Assembly: GCA_036402955.1 (NCBI GenBank)
Contig: DASWRX010000128.1
Coordinates: 21,810 to 85,809, forward strand
DNA length: 64,000 bases
From: Thermoanaerobaculia bacterium
GTDB taxonomy: Bacteria; Acidobacteriota; Thermoanaerobaculia; Multivoradales; UBA5704
Reading direction: 5' to 3'
Both the position numbers and the translations under genes were made by a program. The notes beneath the pieces are model-generated. The model was not told the DNA's origin, ran no database searches, and saw nothing but the letters and a program-made list of their open reading frames with translations. Shown piece after piece: positions 1 through 8,208 of the stretch. Each line of letters opens with the position of its first letter. The stretch's first letter is position 1.

Positions 1-1229
1 AGGCGCGAGAGGCGGGCGCAGATCTCGTCGGGCGGCAGGCCGTCCTCGATCGGGCCGGTGGAGAGGGCCTGGAGGGAGACGGTCAGCAGCGAGGCCGCCA
101 TCCCCTTGCCGGCCACGTCGGCGATCATCAGCACGCACTCGCTGCCGCCGCGCCGGGTGACCACCTCGTAGTAGTCCCCGGAGACGCCGCGCGACGGGAT
201 GTTGCCGCCGTAGAGCTCCCAGCCGGAGACCTCCGGCAGGCGGTCGGGGAGGAGGGCCACCTGGATGCGCCGCGCCAGCGCCAGCTCCTCCTGGAGCCGC
301 CGCCGCTCGGCCGCCTCCATGGCCAGCGCCAGGTTGCGCAGGTGGAGGGCGGCCACCGCGGCGAGCGAGACCAGAAGCTCCAGGTCCTCCTCCGAGAACT
401 GGCGGACCCCCGCCCGGGATTCGAGGACGATCATGCCGAGCGTCCCCTCCGGATCGAGGAGGGGGGCGGCGATCAGGCTGCGGATCCCGGAGAGGAGCAT
501 GCTTTGGGCGGCGGAGAAGCGCTCGTCCGACTGGACGTCGAAGACGATGGCCGCCATCCCCTTCTCGGCCACCTCGCGCAGCAGGCTGCGGGAGAAGACG
601 AGCTCCTCGGGGCTCCCCAGGGTGGAGCGGTTGGCGGCGGCCCGATAGCCGCCGTCCGGCTCTCTGAGCAGGATGGCACCGCGGTCGGGCCGCAGGTGGT
701 CGAAGGCGCGCACCAGGATCAGCTCCAGCAACTCGTCGAGGGTGAGCGAGCGGCCGAGCGCCTGATGCACCTCGTTGAGCAGCTTGAGCCGGCCGGCGTA
801 GCGCCGGAGATCCGCCGCGCCGGCGGCGGCCGGTGCGCTCTGGCGGTCGAGCATCTCTGAGGCACGGCGGAAGACGGTGCCGTCCAGGAACTCGTCCGCG
901 GGCTCCGGGGCCCGGGCCGGAGCGGGCGTCTCCAGGTGGATCTGGATCACGCTGTTGGAGATCTTGACCGCGTCTCCCGGCCGCACCGCCGTCGCTCCAT
1001 CGATCGTCCGCCCGTTGACCAGCGTGCCGTTGCGGGACCCGAGATCCTCGACGAAGAGGCCGGTTCCCTGCCGGAAGAACCGCGAGTGCCGGCGCGACAG
1101 AAAGGGATCGGCGAGCGTCAGGTCCGCGTCGAGGGCACGGCCGACCACCAGCGAGCCGGCGCGCAGGGAATGGTCGAACGGAGCGCCTTCGGCGGGGATG
1201 ACGTGGAGGCGAATGGGCGGGGAATCCAC
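1..1229 (-). CDS. FHA-GAF-PP2C (SpoIIE-type) Ser/Thr phosphatase, 3' end outside window
   Basis: Absent from the ORF track because there is no stop in the window. My reverse-strand translation starts at GTG 1229 (GGAGG 8 nt upstream). It gives VDSPPIRLHVIPAEGAPFDHSLRAGSLVVGRALDADLTLADPFLSRRHSRFFRQGTGLFVEDLGSRNGTLVNG (FHA). A GAF-like block follows (LNEVHQALGRSLTLDELLELIL...LLDPEGTLGMIVLES). Then comes the start of a PP2C/SpoIIE domain (ARRIQVALLP...SGDYYEV...IADVAGKGMAASL). Confidence 0.8.
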   Translation of the reverse strand, partial: MDSPPIRLHVIPAEGAPFDHSLRAGSLVVGRALDADLTLADPFLSRRHSRFFRQGTGLFVEDLGSRNGTLVNGRTIDGATAVRPGDAVKISNSVIQIHLETPAPARAPEPADEFLDGTVFRRASEMLDRQSAPAAAGAADLRRYAGRLKLLNEVHQALGRSLTLDELLELILVRAFDHLRPDRGAILLREPDGGYRAAANRSTLGSPEELVFSRSLLREVAEKGMAAIVFDVQSDERFSAAQSMLLSGIRSLIAAPLLDPEGTLGMIVLESRAGVRQFSEEDLELLVSLAAVAALHLRNLALAMEAAERRRLQEELALARRIQVALLPDRLPEVSGWELYGGNIPSRGVSGDYYEVVTRRGGSECVLMIADVAGKGMAASLLTVSLQALSTGPIEDGLPPDEICARLSR

Positions 1230-1364
1230 GGCGGAAACCTCCTGGAGGACGGCGCCGAGAGTATCATCCTCTCCCTCGTGGCCGAACCGGAATCCCTCTT
1301 CACCGCCGTCTCGAACCTGGCCGCGCGCGCGATCGCCCGGCTGCCGGAAGCGCACGCGCGCGCG

Positions 1365-2516
1365 ATGAAGACCGATCTGCTGATCCTCAAGGAGCTGCTG
1401 ATGGACGCCAGGCCGCCGAAGCTGATGATCCTGGGCCGCCGCGGGGCCGGCAAGTCGTCGCTGATCAACGCGATCTTCGGCGAGCCGATGGCGGCCGTCG
1501 GCTCCGTCCTCTCCGAGACCGGGCGCCCCACCTGGTACTCCTACGCCGGTCCCCGGGGAGAGATGAAGATCCTCGACACCCGGGGCCTCGGCGATCTCAC
1601 GCGGCCCGAGGCGGCCAACTTCCAGGACGCTCTGGAAGAGATCCGTTCCGTTCTCGTCGACGAGTGGCCGGACGCCATCCTCTTCCTCTGCAAGGCCAAG
1701 GACGTCGACTCCCACATCGCCCAGGACCTCGCCAACGTCGAGGCGGTGCGGGCCTTCATCGCCGCCCGGCACCGCTACCAGGCCCCCGTCGTGGCGGTGG
1801 TCACCCAGGTGGACGAGCTGGATCCCAAGCGCGTCGAGCCCCCCTACGAGAACGCGACCAAGCGGCGCAACATCGAGACCGCGGTGCGGGCCCTCCAGGA
1901 GGCGCTGACCGAGCGCGGGATCGCGCTGGCGCGGGTCATCCCCGTCTCCACCTATGCCGAATACGAGGAAGGGCCCGGTGGGGTCCGGCGGGTCTACGAC
2001 AACTACTGGAACCTCGCGGGGCTGGTCGACTACCTGGTCGAGGTGCTGCCGCGCAGCGCGCAGATCCAGATGGCCCGCCTCGCCCAGCTCCGCGCCGTGC
2101 AGCGGAAGCTGGCGCGGAAGATGACGGCCGCCGCGGCCGCGGTGGCCGGCGGCGTCGCCGCGACGCCCATCCCCGTCGCCGACATCCTCCCCATCACCGC
2201 GCTGCAGATCGGGCTGATCACCGGCATCGCCTACGTCTCCGGCAGGGAGATGTCGAAGCGAACGGCCCGCGAGTTCCTGGCGGCGCTCGGCGCCAACGTG
2301 GGAGCGGCGTTCGCCCTGCGGGAAGGGGCGCGGGCGCTCGGCAAGCTCGTCTTTCCGGGCGTCGGCTCCGCCGTCTCGGCGGGCGTCGCCGTCGCCGGCA
2401 CCTGGGGGCTCGGCGAGGCGGCGATCGCCTACTTCATCGAGAAGCGGCCGATCGAGGAGGCGAAGGAGCGGTTCCGGCGCAAGAAAAAGGAAAAAGAGAA
2501 AGAGGCGGCCTCCTGA
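1365..2516 (+). CDS. GTP-binding protein with C-terminal DUF697-like membrane-associated domain
   Basis: In-frame part of ORF 936..2516. P-loop GRRGAGKSSLINAIFG, DTRGLGD, TQVDE. The C-terminal Gly/Ala-rich hydrophobic segment (AAAAAVAGGVAATPIPVADILPITALQIGLITGIAY) is typical of DUF697. ATG 1365 was chosen; in-frame GTG 1278 is an alternative start. The upstream part of the track ORF is antisense to the FHA gene. Confidence 0.75.
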   Translation: MKTDLLILKELLMDARPPKLMILGRRGAGKSSLINAIFGEPMAAVGSVLSETGRPTWYSYAGPRGEMKILDTRGLGDLTRPEAANFQDALEEIRSVLVDEWPDAILFLCKAKDVDSHIAQDLANVEAVRAFIAARHRYQAPVVAVVTQVDELDPKRVEPPYENATKRRNIETAVRALQEALTERGIALARVIPVSTYAEYEEGPGGVRRVYDNYWNLAGLVDYLVEVLPRSAQIQMARLAQLRAVQRKLARKMTAAAAAVAGGVAATPIPVADILPITALQIGLITGIAYVSGREMSKRTAREFLAALGANVGAAFALREGARALGKLVFPGVGSAVSAGVAVAGTWGLGEAAIAYFIEKRPIEEAKERFRRKKKEKEKEAAS

Positions 2517-2520
2517 GCCG

Positions 2521-4107
2521 CTATCCCCCCTCGCGGCCGGCGGCCTTGGGGCGCCGTGAGAGGAGGGCCGGGGTGGCGCGGCTTCCGGCCGGAGGCTCGG
2601 CGAGATCCGGGTGCTTGCGCCGGTACTTCCGCTCGTAGCCCTTCAGGGCCCGGTGGAAGGCGGCGAGGATCTTCCGGCCCCGCGGATCGACGGTCGCCGT
2701 CCCGGCGGTAGCGCCGGTCCCCGAGAGCCGGACGCCCAGCGCCTCGATCGAGGCCGCGCCGCGCCAGTGCTCGCGCCGCAGCCATTCGCGCACCACGGGA
2801 GAGTCGAGGAGCGGCTCGAGGTCCTCTTCCCGGCCCGTCCAGCCCGCCTCCGCGATCACCTCCGCGGGGAGGTTGATCAGGCCCTTCTCCAGGTCCTCGT
2901 CGAAGTCGCGCACCGGCGAGCACCAGGAGAGGGCGTCGATCAGCTCCGGCGCGTCGCCGGCCCGCAGCCGGGTGCCGGCGAGCTGGAAGGCGAGGTCGAG
3001 TGAGAGGAAGAAGGTCTTCCGGTGGTGCTCGGCGAGGGCGAGGGCGGTCATCGTGCGGCGGGCGTCCATCCGCCGGCGGTCCTCGATCAGCACCTCGAGC
3101 AGATCCGCCATCTCGCGCTTCGCCTCCTTCCCCAACTCGGTCGAAAGGAATGCCGCGAGTTGCTCCGCGACCTGCTCCGAGGGGATTCCCCCGGCGAGGG
3201 CCCGGAGGATGGCCCGGACGTGCGCCTCGGGCTCGACCGGCGACGGGCGGTCGCCGTCGAGCACATCGTCGGCGTGCTGGGCCAGGCAGTAGGCGGCGCG
3301 CAACGCCCGGGTCTGGCGCCAGCGGGGGAGCGAGGCGCGGAAGAGAGCGGAGAAGACGCGCAGGTAGCGGGCGCGCCGCCGCGCCAGTTGCCAGAACTCG
3401 CGCAGGCAGAGCGCCTCGATGCGCAGACCGTCCAGGTACCGTTCGTCGGAGGCCCGGCGCTGCACGGAGGCCACGCCGGCCAGGCCGAGGACCAGACCGC
3501 CCACGAGATCGAGGAGCTGGTGCTCGTGGATCAGCATCGCGGAGGCGAAGACCGCGGCGAGCCACAGGGCGAACAGTGTCCGCCCCAGCCAGCCGCACCG
3601 CCGCCCGAAGACGACCGCCGCGGTCACCGCGAAGGCGATATGGAGCGAGGGGAACTTGTTGTAATCGAGGTTGAGCCGGTCCGCCAGATGGAAGACGGTG
3701 CCGAAGAAGCCGTCGGCCACCCGCTCCGGGTAGGCCTGCGCCAGCGGCACGCTCAAGAAGAAGACGCCGGCGACCAGCGTCTCGGCCGTGAGGGTGAGGA
3801 CGAACGGCGTGAACGTGCGCCACGTTCGCAGGATGAACGGCGTCAGCAGCAGCAGCAGCGGCACGGTCAGATAGACCAGCGTCCAGGAGGGGATGAACGG
3901 CAGCCGCATCTCCCAGGGGAAGTAGAAGTCCGCATGGGGACGGCGGAGCTTCGCGAGCAGGCTCGCGCCGCCGTAGACCGAGTAGAAGATCTTGAAGAAG
4001 AGATACGACAGGGGAATGGTGAGCCGGAAGCTCGCCGCGCCCGGCCAGGCGAAAAAGGGGTCTCTGGCCTGAGGGCTACGCATCTCCATGCTCCACAGGG
4101 GCAGCAT
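2521..4107 (-). CDS. Fusion protein: PAP2-like membrane phosphatase domain + squalene/phytoene synthase-like domain
   Basis: ORF 2521..4107 (528 aa). The N-terminal half is polytopic membrane with PAP2_C-like motifs (FPSLHIAF ... MLIHEHQLLDLVGG). The C-terminal half has SQS/PSY-type Asp-rich motifs (AAYCLAQHADDVLDGD and SPVRDFDEDLEKGLINLP). The start could also be M7 or M9. Confidence 0.7.
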   Translation of the reverse strand: MLPLWSMEMRSPQARDPFFAWPGAASFRLTIPLSYLFFKIFYSVYGGASLLAKLRRPHADFYFPWEMRLPFIPSWTLVYLTVPLLLLLTPFILRTWRTFTPFVLTLTAETLVAGVFFLSVPLAQAYPERVADGFFGTVFHLADRLNLDYNKFPSLHIAFAVTAAVVFGRRCGWLGRTLFALWLAAVFASAMLIHEHQLLDLVGGLVLGLAGVASVQRRASDERYLDGLRIEALCLREFWQLARRRARYLRVFSALFRASLPRWRQTRALRAAYCLAQHADDVLDGDRPSPVEPEAHVRAILRALAGGIPSEQVAEQLAAFLSTELGKEAKREMADLLEVLIEDRRRMDARRTMTALALAEHHRKTFFLSLDLAFQLAGTRLRAGDAPELIDALSWCSPVRDFDEDLEKGLINLPAEVIAEAGWTGREEDLEPLLDSPVVREWLRREHWRGAASIEALGVRLSGTGATAGTATVDPRGRKILAAFHRALKGYERKYRRKHPDLAEPPAGSRATPALLSRRPKAAGREGG

Positions 4108-4355
4108 ACCGGAGGGCGGTTCCGCTGAGGTTGAACGCCGTGTAAAAGGTGGACCGGGCCATCGGGTTGAGTTCCAGCGCTGGAGGATTGATCCGTGCTT
4201 CCCGGAAGAACAGGACCGCCCGCCGAATCCTTCCCGCCGCCTGTTTCACCGTGCCGTTCAAGCCTCTCCATTGTAGATCGGCGCGGCCGCGTTCCGGTTC
4301 CCGGCTCAACCCGGGGGAGGGCGATCGAATCTGCCTTCCCCCGGCTCCGGGCACC

Positions 4356-5417
4356 TCAGGCGGGCACGGCTTCGATCACGCTCACTGGCGAGGGGGTGGG
4401 CACGATGCGCGAAAGCTTGAGGCCCGCGGCTTCCAGCAGCCTTCGTTGCTCGGCCTCCGTCCGCTCCTGGCCGCCCTCGGCCACCAGCATGGTGATATCG
4501 AACATCTTCGCGGGCGAGGGATCGTTGCCCGGCTGCACCACCATCTCGACGATCAGGACCCGGCCGTCCCTTGGCATCACCTGGCGGCAGTTCCTGAGGA
4601 TGGTGGCGGCGCGCTCCTCGCTCCAGTCGTGAATGATGTTCTTCAGCACGTAGGTATCGCCCCCGGCCGCCACCGACTCGAAGAAGTCTCCGGCCACGAA
4701 ATCGCACCGCTCAGCGAGCCCCGCCGCGCCGATCACGCCGCGGGCCACCTCGATCACCGGAGGGATGTCGAACAGCGTGCCGGTCAGGTGCGGATAGGCC
4801 CCGAGGATGGCGGTCGTGAAGGTGCCGTTGCCGCAGCCCACGTCCACGATCTTCCGCGCCGCCGAGAAGTCGTACGCCGCCAACACGGCGGCCGAGACCT
4901 GGGCCGTGAGGTTGGTCATCGCCTCGTAGAAGACGGCGCCCTTGTCCGGGTGGTGCTGGAAGTATTCGAAGGAGCCCATGCCGTGAGCGTTGGGGAAGGC
5001 GCCGAGGCCGGTCCTGACGCTATAGAGGATGTCGCTCCACATCCGCAGATGCCAGTCCTCGCCGCAGACCGTGGCCCAGGCGCGCACCGAGCCGGGAACG
5101 TCGCTGCGCAGCGGTTCCGCCAGTGGCGTCAGGTCGAAACGTCCGCCCTCGATCTCGCGGAAGATGCCGAGCCCGGCGAGGGCGCGGAGCACCCGGTAGA
5201 GGGCGCCCGGATTCGCGCCGACGGCCGCGGCCAGCTCTTCGCTGCTCTTCGGTCCCACCACCAGGAGATCGGCGATGCCGAGCTTGGCCGCGGCGTGGAT
5301 GAGCTGGGTGACTTTGATGCCGTCCATCATCTGCAGCAGCACTGCGGCCGGGGGCATCGCGTCCGGCGGGTGCACGGCGCTGTCGGGGGTCGTGTGAGCC
5401 AGGGTGTCGGCGGTCAT
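4356..5417 (-). CDS. SAM-dependent O-methyltransferase (family 2, with dimerisation/winged-helix N-domain)
   Basis: ORF 4356..5636 trimmed to ATG 5417 (MTADTLAHT..., AGGAGG about 10 nt upstream). SAM motif I VDVGCGNGTFT. Typical C-terminal HDWSEE and LIVEMV motifs of plant/bacterial-type OMTs. Confidence 0.85.
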   Translation of the reverse strand: MTADTLAHTTPDSAVHPPDAMPPAAVLLQMMDGIKVTQLIHAAAKLGIADLLVVGPKSSEELAAAVGANPGALYRVLRALAGLGIFREIEGGRFDLTPLAEPLRSDVPGSVRAWATVCGEDWHLRMWSDILYSVRTGLGAFPNAHGMGSFEYFQHHPDKGAVFYEAMTNLTAQVSAAVLAAYDFSAARKIVDVGCGNGTFTTAILGAYPHLTGTLFDIPPVIEVARGVIGAAGLAERCDFVAGDFFESVAAGGDTYVLKNIIHDWSEERAATILRNCRQVMPRDGRVLIVEMVVQPGNDPSPAKMFDITMLVAEGGQERTEAEQRRLLEAAGLKLSRIVPTPSPVSVIEAVPA

Positions 5418-5473
5418 CTCGGGTTTCCTCCTGGTAAAAAAATGAGAGCGATCGCGTTTCGGATTCGGCTGCG

Positions 5474-6853
5474 TCAGGCCCGTTCCGGGATCATCCAGAT
5501 CCCGTCCTCGGAGCGCAGCGAGGTCCCCGCCCGCGGCACGACAGGGCGTCCGGGGGTGAGGCGAGGCCGGTAGCGCTGCGCCACCATGGCCAGAATGAGC
5601 TGCATCTCGAGCATGGCGAGGTGCCGCCCGATGCACATCCGCTGGCCCGTGCCAAAGGGGAAGTAGGCGTTGCGGGGCCGGTCGGCGGCGCGCTCCGGCG
5701 CGAAGCGCTCCGGGCGGAACGCTGCGGGCTCCTCCCAGTAGGCCGGATTCCGGTGCGTGGCATACGGGCAGAGCAGGACCAGAGCGCCCGCCGGAACGCG
5801 ATGGCCGCCGATCTCGTCGTCGCCGTGGGCCGTGCGGGTATAGAACCAGAAGGGCGGGAAGAGGCGCATCGTCTCCTCTGCCACCTGCGCCGTATAGGTG
5901 AGGCGGGGAAGGTCCTCGAAGGTCGGCGTCCGGCCGCCGGTCACCGCGGCCACCTCCTCCCGCATCCGGGCGTCGACGTCCGGGTGCTGGTCGAGCAGGT
6001 ACCAGGCCCAGGTCAGGGCGTCGGCCGTGGCCTCATAGCCGCCGAAGAGGGTGGTCATCACCTCGTCCCGGATCTCGAGGTCGCTCATCCCCCGGCCCGC
6101 CTCGTCGCGCGCCGAGAGCAGCATGGCGAGCAGGTCGTCCGGGTCCTGGCCGCTCTCCCGTCGCTCGCGCAGGGTGCGGTAGGTCATGGCCTCCAGCGTG
6201 GCCACCGCCTCCCGGCACCCCTGCCGGCCCTTCAGGGGGGCCCATTCCGGCAGGAAGAAGGTGAACATCCGGAGCGTCATGTGGTGCAGGGCGGTGTTGA
6301 AGGCGCGCGCCATCTCGGTGAGCTGGCCGTCGGTGATGCTGAGGCTGAACATGGTCTTGGTGATGATCCGCAGGGTGAGGGACATCATCTCCTTGCCCAT
6401 GTTGATCGGCCGGCCGGCGAGGCTGGCCGCCTCCCAGCCGGCGAGCCGCTGCTCGACCACGTCTGCCATCAGGGGGACCAGCGAGGCGACCCGGCGGTGG
6501 GCGAACGCCGGCTGCATGAGGTGCCGCTGGTGCCGCCAGCTCTCCCCCTCGTTGAGCACCAGCCCCTTGCCGAACAGGAACCGCGCGCGAGCGAAGAGCT
6601 TGCCCTTCCAGTAGTTCTCGTGGTTGTCCACCAGGACGTGATGGATGTGGTCGGGGAGGGTGACCAGGTAGATCGAGGCGAACCCCAGGTTCAGGCGGAC
6701 CAGGTCGTTGAACTCGAGCATCGCCGCGGTGCAGAACCCGGCCGGATCGCGCACCAGCTTCGGCAGCACGCCGACCAGCGGATAGCCCTTCGGCCCGGGA
6801 GGGCGGGTGCCCGCATGCCGTTTCGATGCAACCCCATTGACGTCCGTGGTCAT
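5474..6853 (-). CDS. Cytochrome P450
   Basis: 459 aa. Heme-thiolate loop FPFGTGQRMCIGRHLA, ExxR (EETMR), N-terminal PPGPKGYPLVG proline-rich hinge. Lies 57 nt upstream of the O-methyltransferase on the same strand. Confidence 0.9.
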   Translation of the reverse strand: MTTDVNGVASKRHAGTRPPGPKGYPLVGVLPKLVRDPAGFCTAAMLEFNDLVRLNLGFASIYLVTLPDHIHHVLVDNHENYWKGKLFARARFLFGKGLVLNEGESWRHQRHLMQPAFAHRRVASLVPLMADVVEQRLAGWEAASLAGRPINMGKEMMSLTLRIITKTMFSLSITDGQLTEMARAFNTALHHMTLRMFTFFLPEWAPLKGRQGCREAVATLEAMTYRTLRERRESGQDPDDLLAMLLSARDEAGRGMSDLEIRDEVMTTLFGGYEATADALTWAWYLLDQHPDVDARMREEVAAVTGGRTPTFEDLPRLTYTAQVAEETMRLFPPFWFYTRTAHGDDEIGGHRVPAGALVLLCPYATHRNPAYWEEPAAFRPERFAPERAADRPRNAYFPFGTGQRMCIGRHLAMLEMQLILAMVAQRYRPRLTPGRPVVPRAGTSLRSEDGIWMIPERA

Positions 6854-6980
6854 TCGACCCTCCTGGAGACGTGTCGCGAAGAATTGGAGACAACGGGATG
6901 ACGCGGGAAGGGACAGCCGGACGGCGGCCCGGCCCCGGGCCTGCCGGCCCGGGGCTTCTCACGGTCGATGCCGCGGCGGT

Positions 6981-7415
6981 CTATGCGGCGGCGGCGGTGA
7001 GCTGGCGGCGGCGCTGCGCGAACCACTCCCGCGCCTCCGCCTCCGAATCCACGAAGATCACCGGATTGCTCTCGGGACCCCGGCGGAACAGGTTGGCGGC
7101 GGTCAGCAGTAGCTTGGCGAGAACGCGGGCCCGCAACGGCGCGTGGAGCAGGACCGTCCCCCGCGCGGGGAGGAGCTTGACCGCCTCCGAGGCTTCCTTG
7201 CGGACGGCGGGGGGCAGGTCTTCCAGCTCCGAGAGATCGACCAGATAGAAGAAGTAGTCGAGAGCCTTCGCGTACTCGAAGTTGGACTGGTTGATCATCC
7301 GGCACTCTTCGAGCGTGCACCGGCCCCGGAACTTCAGATAGACGATGTCGGGAAGCTCGAAGGCGGTGAACTGCTGGCCACACTCGGTGCTCTTGAAGAA
7401 CTTGGGGTTCGACAT
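6981..7415 (-). CDS. STAS/SpoIIAA-like domain protein (paralog 1)
   Basis: 144 aa. ATG 7415 with GGGAGGAG upstream. Clearly homologous along its length to the product of 7544..7948 (e.g. FELPDIVYLKFRG / FEAPDILFMKLVG; FYLVDLSELEDLPPAVRKEASEAVKLLP / FYLIDLSELDNLGPQVRKEASEVVKLLP). The STAS-like assignment rests on overall pattern only. Confidence 0.7.
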   Translation of the reverse strand: MSNPKFFKSTECGQQFTAFELPDIVYLKFRGRCTLEECRMINQSNFEYAKALDYFFYLVDLSELEDLPPAVRKEASEAVKLLPARGTVLLHAPLRARVLAKLLLTAANLFRRGPESNPVIFVDSEAEAREWFAQRRRQLTAAAA

Positions 7416-7442
7416 CTCTTCTCCTCCCGAAGGGGCGGCGAT

Positions 7443-7467
7443 CCGGCCGCGCGGCCCGCGCGGCCGG
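7443..7467 (-). other. Perfect 12-bp GC stem hairpin (1-nt centre) in the predicted 5' leader of 6981..7415
   Basis: ccggccgcgcgg-c-ccgcgcggccgg; the arms are exact reverse complements. It lies between the predicted promoter (7502..7530) and the RBS/ATG at 7415. No T-tract follows on either strand. Confidence 0.5.
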
Positions 7468-7501
7468 GGGGTGGATGAAAAGCGACCTCGAAATTTCCCC
7501 G

Positions 7502-7530
7502 ATTATAAACAAAGAAATTAAATTCCGCAA
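7502..7530 (-). promoter_or_regulatory. Sigma70-type promoter candidate (TTGCGG-17 nt-TATAAT) for the STAS-like gene 6981..7415
   Basis: Reverse strand reads TTGCGGaatttaatttctttgttTATAAT inside the only AT-rich island of this region (7490..7540). The -10 is at 7507..7502 and the -35 at 7530..7525. Confidence 0.5.
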
Positions 7531-7543
7531 ATCACAAAGCCGG

Positions 7544-7948
7544 CTATGTCTGTTCGCGGCGCCTGTTGATCCAGACCCGCGCGTCCCCCTCGTTGTCGAG
7601 GAACTCCACGGGGTTGAAGTTCTTGCCGCCCCGGAACATGCTGGCCGCGGTCAGCATGAGCTTGGCGAGGACCTTGGCTTTCAGCGGCGCTCCATAGATG
7701 GCCGTTCCCCGCAGGGGGAGGAGCTTGACGACTTCCGAAGCCTCCTTGCGGACCTGCGGCCCGAGGTTGTCCAGCTCCGAGAGATCGATCAGGTAGAAGA
7801 GCTGCTGGGTGCCCTGGCCGAAGTCGAGATGGGCCTGGTTGATCACCTTGACCTCCTCGTAAGAGACATCTCCCACCAGCTTCATGAAAAGGATGTCAGG
7901 TGCTTCGAACCCCGTGACGTGCTTGCCAATCTGAAGGACCTCGTTCAT
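7544..7948 (-). CDS. STAS/SpoIIAA-like domain protein (paralog 2)
   Basis: ORF 7544..8188 trimmed to ATG 7948 (MNEVLQIGKH..., GGAG 6 nt upstream). ATG 7960 (MEKRMNEV) is an alternative. Paralog of 6981..7415. Confidence 0.7.
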   Translation of the reverse strand: MNEVLQIGKHVTGFEAPDILFMKLVGDVSYEEVKVINQAHLDFGQGTQQLFYLIDLSELDNLGPQVRKEASEVVKLLPLRGTAIYGAPLKAKVLAKLMLTAASMFRGGKNFNPVEFLDNEGDARVWINRRREQT

Positions 7949-8208
7949 GCGTTTCTCCATAGGACGGGTTGCGAGAGGACACCTTACCCCCTCCGGAGGA
8001 AGGCGGTCTTCCATTCGGGCGAACCTCTTCTGGATCCGAAAGCTGGAGGGATGATAGCCCCTGGCAAGCTGATTCGCAAGGGTTGGTCCGGCCGAGGGTG
8101 TTACGGCGTGAAGGAACTCCCCATAAGATCCGTATCGTGAACCCGAAAGTTCGCCGTCCCCGAGCAGGGCGGCGCAAGGCGGGCGCAAGTTGCGCTATAC
8201 TTACGCCC

